Source of the DNA: a virus
Taxonomy: Duplodnaviria; Caudoviricetes
Virus record (IMG/VR): IMGVR_UViG_3300036791_000331
Span: 1-52,892 of that record
Reading direction: 5' to 3' (one strand)
DNA length: 52,892 bases
Below the pieces are notes generated by a model. The model ran no database searches and was not told the origin of the DNA. It saw only the letters and a list, made by a program, of their open reading frames with translations. This document shows positions 17,384 through 25,871 of the stretch, in pieces. Both the position numbers and the translations under genes were made by a program. The stretch's first letter is position 1, and every line of letters starts with the position of its first letter.

Positions 17384-17545
17384 ATGCTTATTCCGCTCCT
17401 GGTCGTCGTTATTATCGTCGGCCTGCTCCTGTACCTCATACAGATACTGCCCATTGGCGCACCATTCAAGAATATCGCCTATGTGCTGGTGGTGCTGATC
17501 TGCATCATCTGGCTGCTATCCCGGTTCGGAAGCGGCCTCACCTAG
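17384..17545 (+). CDS. 53-aa two-TM membrane protein (Thivi_2564-like; not in ORF track)
   Basis: MLIPLLVVVIIVGLLLYLIQILPIGAPFKNIAYVLVVLICIIWLLSRFGSGLT; AAGGA SD. Confidence 0.75.
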   Translation: MLIPLLVVVIIVGLLLYLIQILPIGAPFKNIAYVLVVLICIIWLLSRFGSGLT

Positions 17546-17565
17546 AGCCTGTGGAGGCTTTGCTC

Positions 17566-19689
17566 ATGTTTGACCGTGCTTATTCTGTCCTGGAGATCAG
17601 GCAGGTGCAGGAGGATGCCCGGATCATCGAGGGTGTCGCGTCTACACCCACGCCGGATCGGATGGGCGACGTGGTCAACCCAATGGGCGCGACGTTCGCG
17701 GTGCCGATGCCGCTGCTCTGGCAGCATGACTCCGGTCAGCCGATAGGTGAGGTCACCTTCGCCAAAGCAACCCCGAAGGGTATCCCGTTCCGCGCCCAGT
17801 TGGCCAAGCTCGCTGATCCTGGCCCGCTGAAGGATCGGCTCGACGACGCCTGGAACTCGATCAAGATCGGTCTGGTGAAGGCGGTCTCTATCGGCTTTCG
17901 CGCGACCAAGTACGCCTTCATGGACGACGGCGGCATCGACTTCCAGGAGTGGGAATGGCTGGAACTCTCCGCCGTGACCATCCCGGCCAACGCCGACGCC
18001 ACCATCACCACTATCCGCTCTCTGGATGCTCAAGCTCGGGCCGCGACAGGCCGCAGTGAGCTTGAGTCCAGCAGCAGACCCGCCCCGCGCTCGGGGACTT
18101 CCCCCAACCCCAAGCGAACGGAGGGCAAGATGCCCAGGACTACAGCCGAGCAGGTCTCGGCTTTCGAGGCCACGCGCCAAGCCAAGGCGGCGCAGATGGT
18201 CACGCTCATGGAGGGCGCCAGCGATACCGGCGCGACCCTCGATGCTGATCAGTCTCAGCAGTACGACGACCTGGAGGCCGAGGTCTCCGATATCGACCGT
18301 CACCTTGTCCGGCTGCGCTCCATGCAGCGGCTGATGGTCGCCCGCGCCACCGAAGTCGATCCCAACCCGGAGGCTGCCCCGGCGCTGCGCGGTGGCGCGG
18401 TCCCGGCGCTCAGCACCGGCCGCAGCGTGTCGATCACGGTTCCCAAGGGAACTGCCTTCACCCGCTATGCGATGGCGTTGATGGCCTCGAAAGGCGACGT
18501 CGGGCGGGCCGCCCACATGGCCAAGAACCAGACGGCTTGGCAGAACTCCACGCCCGAGGTCGCGCAGATACTGGAGGCGCAGTACGGCGGCGTGGACCTG
18601 GAGCGGGTGATGCGGGCGGCGGTGGCGCCCGGTACGGCGACCGATGCGGTATGGGCCGGTCCGCTGGTCCAGTATCAGATCATGGCCAGCGAGTTCGTCG
18701 AGCTTCTCCGCCCGGCGACGATCCTCGGGCGTATCCCCGGCCTGACCCGCGTGCCGTTCAACGTGAAAATCCCGCGCCAGACGGCCGGGGCCAGCGTCGG
18801 GTGGGTCGGTGAGGCCAAGCCGAAGCCGGTCAGCAGCCTCGCCTTCGACACCATCACCCTGCGGTGGGCCAAGGCTGCCGGGATCGTGGTGCTCAGCGAT
18901 GAGCTTGTGCGGTTCTCGAACCCGGACGCCGAGACCCTGGTCCAGAACGACCTGATCAAGACCATGGCCCAGTTCCTGGACCAGCAGTTCACCGACCCGG
19001 CGGTGGCTCCCGTGGCGAATGTTTCGCCCGGATCGATCACCAACGGCGTGCCTCCGGTCCCTTCCAGCGGCACGGACGAGGATGCTTTCAGGACCGACCT
19101 CTACACCCTGATCGCTACCTTCCTGGCCAACAACCTGAGCACGGCCGGGGCGGTGCTGCTGATGACGGAGACCCAGGCGTCAGCGATCTCGATGATGCTC
19201 ACCCCGCTTGGCATTCCGCTGTATCCTACCGTGACCTCTACCGGCGGAACCCTGCTTGGCATGACGGTGGTCACCAGCCAGAACGCCGGTCTGATCGACA
19301 CCGTGGCGTCACCCGCGACCTCCAGGATCATCATGCTGAAGGCCCCGGAGATACTGATGGCCGACGACGGCCAAGTCCTGCTCGACGCCAGCCGCGAGGC
19401 TTCGCTTCAGATGGACTCTGCTCCCGACGCGCCGCCGACCGCGACGACCGTGTTCATGTCCCTATGGCAGAACAACATGGTCGGCCTGCGCGCCGAGCGG
19501 TGGATCAACTGGGAGGCCCGCCGCCCCAACGCGGTTCAGTGGCTGAATAACACCGCCTATGGACCGCTGCTCGCGGCGACTCAGCACGGTGGGCCCACGC
19601 CGGATGGTTCGCGCCCGAAGTCCGAAAACCACGGTGGCGGCAGGCACCCGGTTGAACCGATGACGACCGGGAGCGCCCCGACGCGCTGA
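17566..19689 (+). CDS. Fused HK97-type prohead protease and major capsid protein
   Basis: IEGVAST.TPDRMGD, LLWQH, SIGF, ELSAVTIPAN, followed by capsid WVGE..PKP and LWQNNMVGLRAERWINW; GGAGG SD. Confidence 0.92.
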   Translation: MFDRAYSVLEIRQVQEDARIIEGVASTPTPDRMGDVVNPMGATFAVPMPLLWQHDSGQPIGEVTFAKATPKGIPFRAQLAKLADPGPLKDRLDDAWNSIKIGLVKAVSIGFRATKYAFMDDGGIDFQEWEWLELSAVTIPANADATITTIRSLDAQARAATGRSELESSSRPAPRSGTSPNPKRTEGKMPRTTAEQVSAFEATRQAKAAQMVTLMEGASDTGATLDADQSQQYDDLEAEVSDIDRHLVRLRSMQRLMVARATEVDPNPEAAPALRGGAVPALSTGRSVSITVPKGTAFTRYAMALMASKGDVGRAAHMAKNQTAWQNSTPEVAQILEAQYGGVDLERVMRAAVAPGTATDAVWAGPLVQYQIMASEFVELLRPATILGRIPGLTRVPFNVKIPRQTAGASVGWVGEAKPKPVSSLAFDTITLRWAKAAGIVVLSDELVRFSNPDAETLVQNDLIKTMAQFLDQQFTDPAVAPVANVSPGSITNGVPPVPSSGTDEDAFRTDLYTLIATFLANNLSTAGAVLLMTETQASAISMMLTPLGIPLYPTVTSTGGTLLGMTVVTSQNAGLIDTVASPATSRIIMLKAPEILMADDGQVLLDASREASLQMDSAPDAPPTATTVFMSLWQNNMVGLRAERWINWEARRPNAVQWLNNTAYGPLLAATQHGGPTPDGSRPKSENHGGGRHPVEPMTTGSAPTR

Positions 19690-19700
19690 TCGACGACACT

Positions 19701-19731
19701 CTCCAGGACAGCGCGTTTTGCTGTCCTGGAG
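19701..19731 (+). terminator. 12-bp hairpin after capsid gene (terminator or mRNA stabiliser)
   Basis: CTCCAGGACAGC-GCGTTTT-GCTGTCCTGGAG; no clear U-tract. Confidence 0.55.
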
Positions 19732-19759
19732 CCACCTTCCAACCCCCGGAGACACCCTT

Positions 19760-20275
19760 ATGAAGTTGAGTTCGGTTTTCGCCGCCCTGGCCGCCTTCGG
19801 CTTGACTGCGGTCCTGGCGGCGGCGGCCCACGCCGCGCTGATCGTCACCGCCATCCCTGGCGGTCCATTCTCGCCCGCCAACCCGCTCGGCACGATCCCG
19901 TCGACCGATCTCTTCCAGGGCAACACCTATGACTTCACGTTCGGTATCTCCGGGACCGGATCGGTGCTGACCGAGGTTGAGGCGGCCATTGCCGGGCCGG
20001 TCTCGGAGCCCATCGACTTCAGCCTCTACTCGGGTGATCCGGGCTCGGGGACGCTGATCGGCACGTCGACGCTGATGGACGGCCCGTCGATGACGGAAAC
20101 GCTGGGCGTCGGATCGTACTTCCTCCAGGTCGACACCATCGAAGCCAACGGCGAACTCTTCGATGGCGGCCTCCAGGTCGCCAGTGTCCCGGAGCCCGCG
20201 ACATGGGCGCTGGCGCTGGTCGGCATGGCCAGCCTCGGCGGTGCGATGCGCCTGCGCCGCGTAGCGCGAGGGTGA
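19760..20275 (+). CDS. PEP-CTERM (PEPxxWA-type) exosortase-sorted surface protein
   Basis: Signal peptide ending AHA; C-terminal VPEPATWAL, TM helix, then RLRR; GGAG SD. Confidence 0.88.
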   Translation: MKLSSVFAALAAFGLTAVLAAAAHAALIVTAIPGGPFSPANPLGTIPSTDLFQGNTYDFTFGISGTGSVLTEVEAAIAGPVSEPIDFSLYSGDPGSGTLIGTSTLMDGPSMTETLGVGSYFLQVDTIEANGELFDGGLQVASVPEPATWALALVGMASLGGAMRLRRVARG

Positions 20276-20279
20276 GCCA

Positions 20280-20519
20280 ATGCTCCTGATCGCCAACCGC
20301 CCTTTCACCTATCTCGGCCAACGTCTGCAGCCCGGCGACGAGTTCGAGGCGCGGGCGCGTGACGCTCGCGCCTTCCTGTCCGTCAAGATAGCGAAGGGCC
20401 TTCCGCCGAAGCCTCCGCCCCCGACGAATGAGGCGAGCGCCGCCCCTCCGCAGCGGCCTATTCCCGGCAAGCCCGCGCACTACCAGACGCGGCGGCTGAA
20501 GGCGTCAGAGGACGACTGA
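20280..20519 (+). CDS. Small head-region protein
   Basis: A.RPF.Y.G..L.PGD.F...YQTRRLKA; TGATG overlap with portal. Confidence 0.7.
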   Translation: MLLIANRPFTYLGQRLQPGDEFEARARDARAFLSVKIAKGLPPKPPPPTNEASAAPPQRPIPGKPAHYQTRRLKASEDD

Positions 20520-21952
20520 TGCAAATCTTCGGCCTGGAGATCACCCGCGCCAAGGCCGCGCCCTCGTCGGCGTTGACGGGGCCGGAGAACGCCTTTGCGC
20601 CGGTCGATGGCCGGGGCGGCGGCTGGTTCCCGATCATCCGCGAGGCCAATACCGGCGACTGGCAGAAGAACATCGTCACCTCTGGGGTGAGCGTCCTTCA
20701 GTCGGTGTGGGTGTTCCGCTGCATTTCGCTGATCTCCACCGACATCGCCAAGCTGGGCATCGAACTACGCCAGGAGACCGGCGGTGTGTGGCGGGAGACC
20801 ACCTCGGCGGCGTTCTCGCCCGTGCTCACCACGCCGAACAGCTACCAGAACCGCATCCAGTTCATCGAAAACTGGGTGATCTCCAAGATGACCCGAGGCA
20901 ACGCCTACGTCCTGAAAGAGCGTGACGCGCGCAACGTGGTGGTGGCGCTGCATGTGCTTCACCCTGACCGGGTGTGGCCGCTGGTGGCCCCGGACGGCTC
21001 GGTGTTCTACCGCATCGGCCGCGATCTCCTGGCGGGCGTGGGCGAGCCTGATCCCGACTTTCCGGCGGTCCCGGCCAGCGAGATCATCCACGACCGCTGG
21101 AATTGCCTGTTCCACCCGCTCGTCGGCCTGAGCCCTATCTTCGCCTGCGGCATGGTGGCGCTCCAAAACGTCTCGATGCAGGCGGCGATGACCCGCCTGT
21201 TCCGCAACGGCGCGCGTCCCGGCGGTATCCTGACCGCGCCCGGCGCGATCTCCGACAGCACCGCCCAACGGCTCAAGGACTATTGGGAAAACAACTTCAC
21301 CGGAGAGAATGCGGGCAAGGTGGCGGTGCTCGGCGACGGCCTGACCTTCTCCAGCCTGATGATGACGGCCACCGATGCCCAGTTCATCGAACAGATGAAG
21401 CTGTCCGGGCAAACCATCGCCGCGTCGTTCGGCGTCCCGGCCTACATGATCAACCTGGAGGTCTATCCGCGCTCGGTGGCTATCGAAGCGTTGATGCAGA
21501 TGTATTATGGCCAATGCCTCCAGATACACGTCGAGAGCATCGAACTCTGCCTGCACGACGGCCTTGCGCTGCCGCCGCAGTACGACGTGAAGTTCAACCT
21601 CGATGGCCTGCTGCGCATGGATCAGGCGTCGCAGATCAAGGCCCTGGTCGAGGGCATCGGCGGCGGGCTCTACGCGCCGAACGAGGGCCGCGAAAAGCTG
21701 AGCCTGCCGCCGGTCGAGGGTGGTGAGAGCCCGTACTTGCAGCAACAGAACTACAGCCTCGCCGCGCTCGCCAAGCGCGACGCCCAGAACCCGCTCGCCA
21801 ACCCGCCCCCGGCTCCTGGCGGCGATACCGCGCCGGATGGCGGAGCCGTCGCCGAGACCACCCAGGACGAGGCCGCCAACGCCGAGCAGGCCGCAGGCAA
21901 GTCGTGGTGGAATGAGGTGCTCGCCCATGTCGACCTCTACCTTGCTGCCTGA
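20519..21952 (+). CDS. Portal protein (HK97 family)
   Basis: V..C.SLI..DIAKL, GNAY, EIIH, G.SP, F.NGARPGG.L, NAGKVAVL, NE.R....LPP..GG. Confidence 0.95.
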   Translation: MQIFGLEITRAKAAPSSALTGPENAFAPVDGRGGGWFPIIREANTGDWQKNIVTSGVSVLQSVWVFRCISLISTDIAKLGIELRQETGGVWRETTSAAFSPVLTTPNSYQNRIQFIENWVISKMTRGNAYVLKERDARNVVVALHVLHPDRVWPLVAPDGSVFYRIGRDLLAGVGEPDPDFPAVPASEIIHDRWNCLFHPLVGLSPIFACGMVALQNVSMQAAMTRLFRNGARPGGILTAPGAISDSTAQRLKDYWENNFTGENAGKVAVLGDGLTFSSLMMTATDAQFIEQMKLSGQTIAASFGVPAYMINLEVYPRSVAIEALMQMYYGQCLQIHVESIELCLHDGLALPPQYDVKFNLDGLLRMDQASQIKALVEGIGGGLYAPNEGREKLSLPPVEGGESPYLQQQNYSLAALAKRDAQNPLANPPPAPGGDTAPDGGAVAETTQDEAANAEQAAGKSWWNEVLAHVDLYLAA

Positions 21953-22778
21953 CCCGCGCGCCTTCGCCGATCAGCTGACGGCGCGGATGCGCGGCGCCAT
22001 CGCGCCCGTCGCTGCCCGCCTGGAGCGGATCGAAGCGCTGCCTCCCGCCCGCGATGGCCGCGACGGCCTCTCAGGCGTCCAGGGACCGGCCGGGGAGAAA
22101 GGCGAGCGGGGTGATCCTGGCCCGATGGGAACGGCCGGGAGCGACGGCCCAGAGGGCGCTATGGGCCTGATGGGGCCGATAGGTCTGACCGGCGACAAGG
22201 GTGATCCTGGCCGGGACGGGATCGACGGCGTGGACGGCGCTCCAGGCCCGCAGGGACCGGCCGGGGAGAAAGGCGAGAAGGGCGAGAAGGGCGACGCGGG
22301 CGAGCCGGGACCGGCCGGGAGCGACGGCGCGGACGGCGCTACAGGCGCGCAAGGGCCGGAGGGAGAGAAGGGCGAGAAGGGCGACGCGGGCGAGCCGGGA
22401 CCGGCCGGGAGCGACGGCTATACGCTCGACCATTTCAACGTCGAACTCGCGGCCGGTGGCCGGGTGCTGATCCTGACCCTGACCAGCGGCGACCGCGTTC
22501 AGCGCCGCGAGCTACGCACGGCGCTGATGATCTATCGGGGCGTGTTCAAGCCGGGCGACAGCTACGAGCAGGGCGACACGGTGACGTGGGCCGGATCGCT
22601 CTGGCACTGCAACGGCGCGACGCTCGAAAAGCCGGGCGACGGCGAGACCTGGACGCTGGCGGTCAAGAAAGGCCGCGACGGCAAGGACGGGGCCCACGGC
22701 GAGAGGGGCGAGCCGGGGCCGCAGGGCCGCGCCGGGCACGACCTGACCCAGATGACGCCCGAGGGAGCCCGGTACTGA
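21927..22778 (+). CDS. Collagen-repeat head-associated protein
   Basis: Long G-X-Y run plus YRGVF..G..Y..GD.VTW.GSLW.C domain; GAGGTG SD. Confidence 0.8.
   Translation: MSTSTLLPDPRAFADQLTARMRGAIAPVAARLERIEALPPARDGRDGLSGVQGPAGEKGERGDPGPMGTAGSDGPEGAMGLMGPIGLTGDKGDPGRDGIDGVDGAPGPQGPAGEKGEKGEKGDAGEPGPAGSDGADGATGAQGPEGEKGEKGDAGEPGPAGSDGYTLDHFNVELAAGGRVLILTLTSGDRVQRRELRTALMIYRGVFKPGDSYEQGDTVTWAGSLWHCNGATLEKPGDGETWTLAVKKGRDGKDGAHGERGEPGPQGRAGHDLTQMTPEGARY
22275..22418 (+). repeat. 54-bp direct repeat within collagen gene
   Basis: 22275-22328 is identical to 22365-22418. Confidence 0.85.
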
Positions 22779-23299
22779 TGGCTGCGCTCGTCTCCCAGGA
22801 CCAAGCGCTGCGCCAGCTGCGGCTGGTTGAAGCCGCGCTATCCGCTGATCAGCTGGCCGACGTGATGGATAAGGCCGAGCAGGCGTCGTTCATCGTCGTC
22901 GACTACCTGAAAGCGCCGTTCATCGACGGCCCGCTGGCCATAAACCCTTACCGGAAGGCCAAGGCGGGCGCGCCGCCTGATCGGCGAGCGCCGCCTGGAC
23001 CACCGCCGAGGCCGGGCCTGCGCTGGGGCTGGTGGGGCGACAGCTGGGGCTGGGGTTGGGGCTGGAGCGAGGACGACCCCGACGCGACGCCGCCGCTGCC
23101 GCCGCTGTATCCCGTCCCGGCCTGGATGCCGTCGCCGCCACCCGCGCCCTGGACCCAGACGACGTGCCCATCGCTGGTCAAGGCCGCGATCCTGATTGTG
23201 CTCACCTCGCTCTACGACGGACGGACGCCGGATGACTCCCTACTCTCGCCCTCGGTCGTCGGGATACTCGCCCGCTTCCGCGACCCGGCGTGCGCCTAA
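22778..23299 (+). CDS. Head-tail connector (HK97 gp6-like) with Pro/Trp-rich insertion
   Basis: LVS...A...LR...AS..V.DYL...P..VKAAIL..L..LY..R...L..FRDP. Confidence 0.8.
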   Translation: MAALVSQDQALRQLRLVEAALSADQLADVMDKAEQASFIVVDYLKAPFIDGPLAINPYRKAKAGAPPDRRAPPGPPPRPGLRWGWWGDSWGWGWGWSEDDPDATPPLPPLYPVPAWMPSPPPAPWTQTTCPSLVKAAILIVLTSLYDGRTPDDSLLSPSVVGILARFRDPACA

Positions 23300-23315
23300 G
23301 AAAACCGCGCCGCGC

Positions 23316-23483
23316 ATGTGGGTCAGGATCACCAAAGAGCGCCGCTTTCAGGTGCCCGAAGATCATCGGATCGGCATCCACTACCTGCCGGGGATGGTGA
23401 TCTCGATCAAGCGCGCCTGGGGCGAGCAGCTGATCGCCGAGGGCTACGCGGTGGAGACCAAGCGGCCGCCCAACGTCGATTGA
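23316..23483 (+). CDS. Small virion-region protein
   Basis: MWVR...Y..GM....KR..GE..IA.G.A. Confidence 0.65.
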   Translation: MWVRITKERRFQVPEDHRIGIHYLPGMVISIKRAWGEQLIAEGYAVETKRPPNVD

Positions 23484-23496
23484 GAGGGTCCTGGCC

Positions 23497-23853
23497 ATGC
23501 TCCAGAAACGACAGTCGGGCATCGCCGGGCTGCTGCGCGACACCGTGACCTTTCAGCAGCACGCGCTGGACGTGAATGGCGACCGGCTCGGGCCGTGGAC
23601 GGATATGTTCGATCAACCGGCGCGGGTGGTCAGCAAGACGCGCGGCGAGGCGGTGTTGCAGCAGCGGCTGGCCGGGGTTCAGCCGCTGGAGATCACCGTA
23701 CGCCTGGACCTCAACACCACCCTGCTCGACACCGACTGGCGGCTGGTCTGGCTGAACTGGCCGTTCGACATCACCGCCATCGCCACCGATGAACTGGCGG
23801 CGGTGATGACGATCCTGGCGGTGCGCGCCCGAGAAGTGGAGACCGCATCCTGA
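23497..23853 (+). CDS. Head closure / head-tail adaptor
   Basis: G.LR..V.FQ...E.V...RLAG.QP..IT.R; synteny. Confidence 0.85.
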   Translation: MLQKRQSGIAGLLRDTVTFQQHALDVNGDRLGPWTDMFDQPARVVSKTRGEAVLQQRLAGVQPLEITVRLDLNTTLLDTDWRLVWLNWPFDITAIATDELAAVMTILAVRAREVETAS

Positions 23854-24263
23854 TGCCCATCACCGTGAAGCTCTCCGACAGCGGCGGCCTGAACGCCCAG
23901 ATGCAGGTGCTGGTCGAACAGCAGGGCGGTCGGCTCAAGGCGGCGAACCAGAAGAACGCCGACGAATTCGCCGTCCTGGTCCGCTCGGCTGTGCCGCAGG
24001 ACGCCAACTCGCGGCATGGTCGTCACCTCGCCGGGACCATTGCCGAGACCGCGTTCGGGCCGGTCGGCGTCCAGGTGTCGATCGGTAGCGAGGCCGATCC
24101 GTACCCGGCTCACCTGGAGTTCGGCCACCGCGCCAGGAACGGCGCTCACGTCCCCGGCAAGTCGTCCTGGTATCCGGCCAAGCGGGTGATCCAGAAGCGC
24201 GCCCATGACCGCATCCTGAGGGCCCAGCGGGCGGCGATCAAAGCTGCGGCCCCGAGCGGGTGA
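23853..24263 (+). CDS. HK97 gp10-like tail component
   Basis: Y.AHLEFG motif; synteny. Confidence 0.75.
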   Translation: MPITVKLSDSGGLNAQMQVLVEQQGGRLKAANQKNADEFAVLVRSAVPQDANSRHGRHLAGTIAETAFGPVGVQVSIGSEADPYPAHLEFGHRARNGAHVPGKSSWYPAKRVIQKRAHDRILRAQRAAIKAAAPSG

Positions 24264-24267
24264 GACG

Positions 24268-24684
24268 ATGGCCGATCCCGCCGCCGCGTTCCACGCCGCC
24301 CAGGACGCGGCGTTGCGAGGTTCTACACCTCTCCAGGCGTTGTTCGGTGGCGTGGTGCGCCTCTATTCGGTCGTTCCAGAGAACGCCCCGCTGCCGTTCA
24401 TCCGCATAGGCGACGACCAGATCATCGAGGACAGCACCGACTGCGCCTCGGCCTCGGATATCTTCGCGGCGGTGCATGTGTGGACCAAGCCCGACCCGCC
24501 CGGCGTCCAGCTGGGCCGGGTGATCTCCGGGGTGATCCGCGACACGCTCACCACCGACCTGATCATCACCGGCTGGGACACCGTCCTGGCGCTGTTCGTC
24601 GACACCCGCCACCTGACCGATCCTGACGGCTCCAGCCATGCCGTCATGATGTTTCATTACTTCACCACAGAGGAAGGTCCCTGA
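24268..24684 (+). CDS. Tail terminator (DUF3168-like)
   Basis: RLY..VP....PFI.IG...HVW...DPDG.SHAV. Confidence 0.85.
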   Translation: MADPAAAFHAAQDAALRGSTPLQALFGGVVRLYSVVPENAPLPFIRIGDDQIIEDSTDCASASDIFAAVHVWTKPDPPGVQLGRVISGVIRDTLTTDLIITGWDTVLALFVDTRHLTDPDGSSHAVMMFHYFTTEEGP

Positions 24685-24685
24685 A

Positions 24686-25243
24686 ATGGCAAGCAACCCC
24701 GTTAAGTATGCCAGTGGCGTTCTGCTGCTGGTGATGGTCGGCGACGGCGGGTCGCCCGAGGTGTTCACGGCGTTCTGCACGATCAACGCCGTGCGGACTC
24801 TGGTCGGCGACACCAAGACCAACGACTTCAACATCCCGGACTGCACCGACCCGGATGCGCTCGGCTGGCTGGCCCGCGAGAAGATTTCCATTGAATACAC
24901 CGTGACCGGCCAGGGCATCCTCAACACCCCGGACGTCATCGAGTTCTCGGCATGGCTCGCCGACACCGCCTCCCGCAACTGTCAGATCATCGTGGACGTG
25001 CCGAATGCTGACGGCGGCGTGATCTTCGCCGGTCCTTTCCACCTGACGCACTTCGAACTCACGGGCGACAGGGGCACGAAGATGGAAGCGACCCTCACCC
25101 TGATCTCGGACGGCGAGATCGTGGTGACGCCGACCCTGACAGTGGCGTCGGCCGAGGAAGAGGGCAAGCCAGCCGGGAACCGCAACCGGCGCGCCCCGTC
25201 GCGCACTGCCCATACCCGCGCACATGAGACGGAGGCCGCTTGA
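24686..25243 (+). CDS. Major tail tube protein (GTA-like)
   Basis: LLV.VGDG.SPEVF...C...PDC.DPD...W...G.G...SDGE. Confidence 0.88.
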   Translation: MASNPVKYASGVLLLVMVGDGGSPEVFTAFCTINAVRTLVGDTKTNDFNIPDCTDPDALGWLAREKISIEYTVTGQGILNTPDVIEFSAWLADTASRNCQIIVDVPNADGGVIFAGPFHLTHFELTGDRGTKMEATLTLISDGEIVVTPTLTVASAEEEGKPAGNRNRRAPSRTAHTRAHETEAA

Positions 25244-25719
25244 GCCGGGGTGGTGACGTCACCCGCCTGTGGGGAGACCAAGAGCGCAGCTTTCGGCTCG
25301 GGATCGGCGAGTGGCGGAAAATTCAGGAGACGTGCAACGCTGGCCCGGCCGAGATCGCCTCGCGCCTCTCGATGTGGGCGGCGATGCAGGCGCGGATGCC
25401 CAAGGCGTCGTTCCTCGATCTCCTGGCGGCCGGAGGGCTCGGCGCGTGGCGTGTCGATGATATCCGCGAGCCGATCTATCGGGGCCTGATCGGCGGCGGC
25501 ATGGCGCCGACTGCGGCCGGGCGGCTGATGCTCGATCTCCACGACTCGCGCCCGCTGACCGAGAACATCGCCCTGGCCCTGGAGATCGTCCTGGCCTCGC
25601 TGGTCGGCCCCGAGGATGAGCCGGTGGGGGAGCCTTTGGGGGAGGACGAGGCCCGGAACGGGAGCCCCTCCCCCGTGGAAAGCTACGCTTCGCCGACTAC
25701 TACGGAGCGGGTGCAGTGA
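25240..25719 (+). CDS. Tail assembly chaperone (GTA-gp10-like)
   Basis: W...E..FRL.IGE...IQE.C.AGP...D.RE.I..GLIGGG. Confidence 0.85.
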   Translation: MSRGGDVTRLWGDQERSFRLGIGEWRKIQETCNAGPAEIASRLSMWAAMQARMPKASFLDLLAAGGLGAWRVDDIREPIYRGLIGGGMAPTAAGRLMLDLHDSRPLTENIALALEIVLASLVGPEDEPVGEPLGEDEARNGSPSPVESYASPTTTERVQ

Positions 25720-25868
25720 TGGGCTTCACGCCTGCCGAGGTCGATGGCTGCTCCATCTGGCAGTTCCTGGCGGCCCGCGACGGCTGGATCAGGGCGAACT
25801 CGATGGATGACGACGTCGGGCCGCCGACGCCCGAGCAGCATGACGCGATGATCGCGAAGTGGACGTGA
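25626..25868 (+). CDS. Tail chaperone -1 frameshift extension (gpT-like)
   Basis: G GGG GAG at 25626 and 25638; -1 frame open to TGA 25868, encoding RFADYYGAGAVMGFTP.EVD..S.WQF. Confidence 0.7.
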   Translation, partial: GGAFGGGRGPEREPLPRGKLRFADYYGAGAVMGFTPAEVDGCSIWQFLAARDGWIRANSMDDDVGPPTPEQHDAMIAKWT

Positions 25869-25871
25869 ACC

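Noticed and set aside
17197-17565. N-terminal extension of the 830-aa capsid ORF (similar extensions at 12569, 21720, 22586, 33286)
   Set aside because: They overlap real upstream genes or the cos-like region; better SD-supported or coupled starts lie downstream
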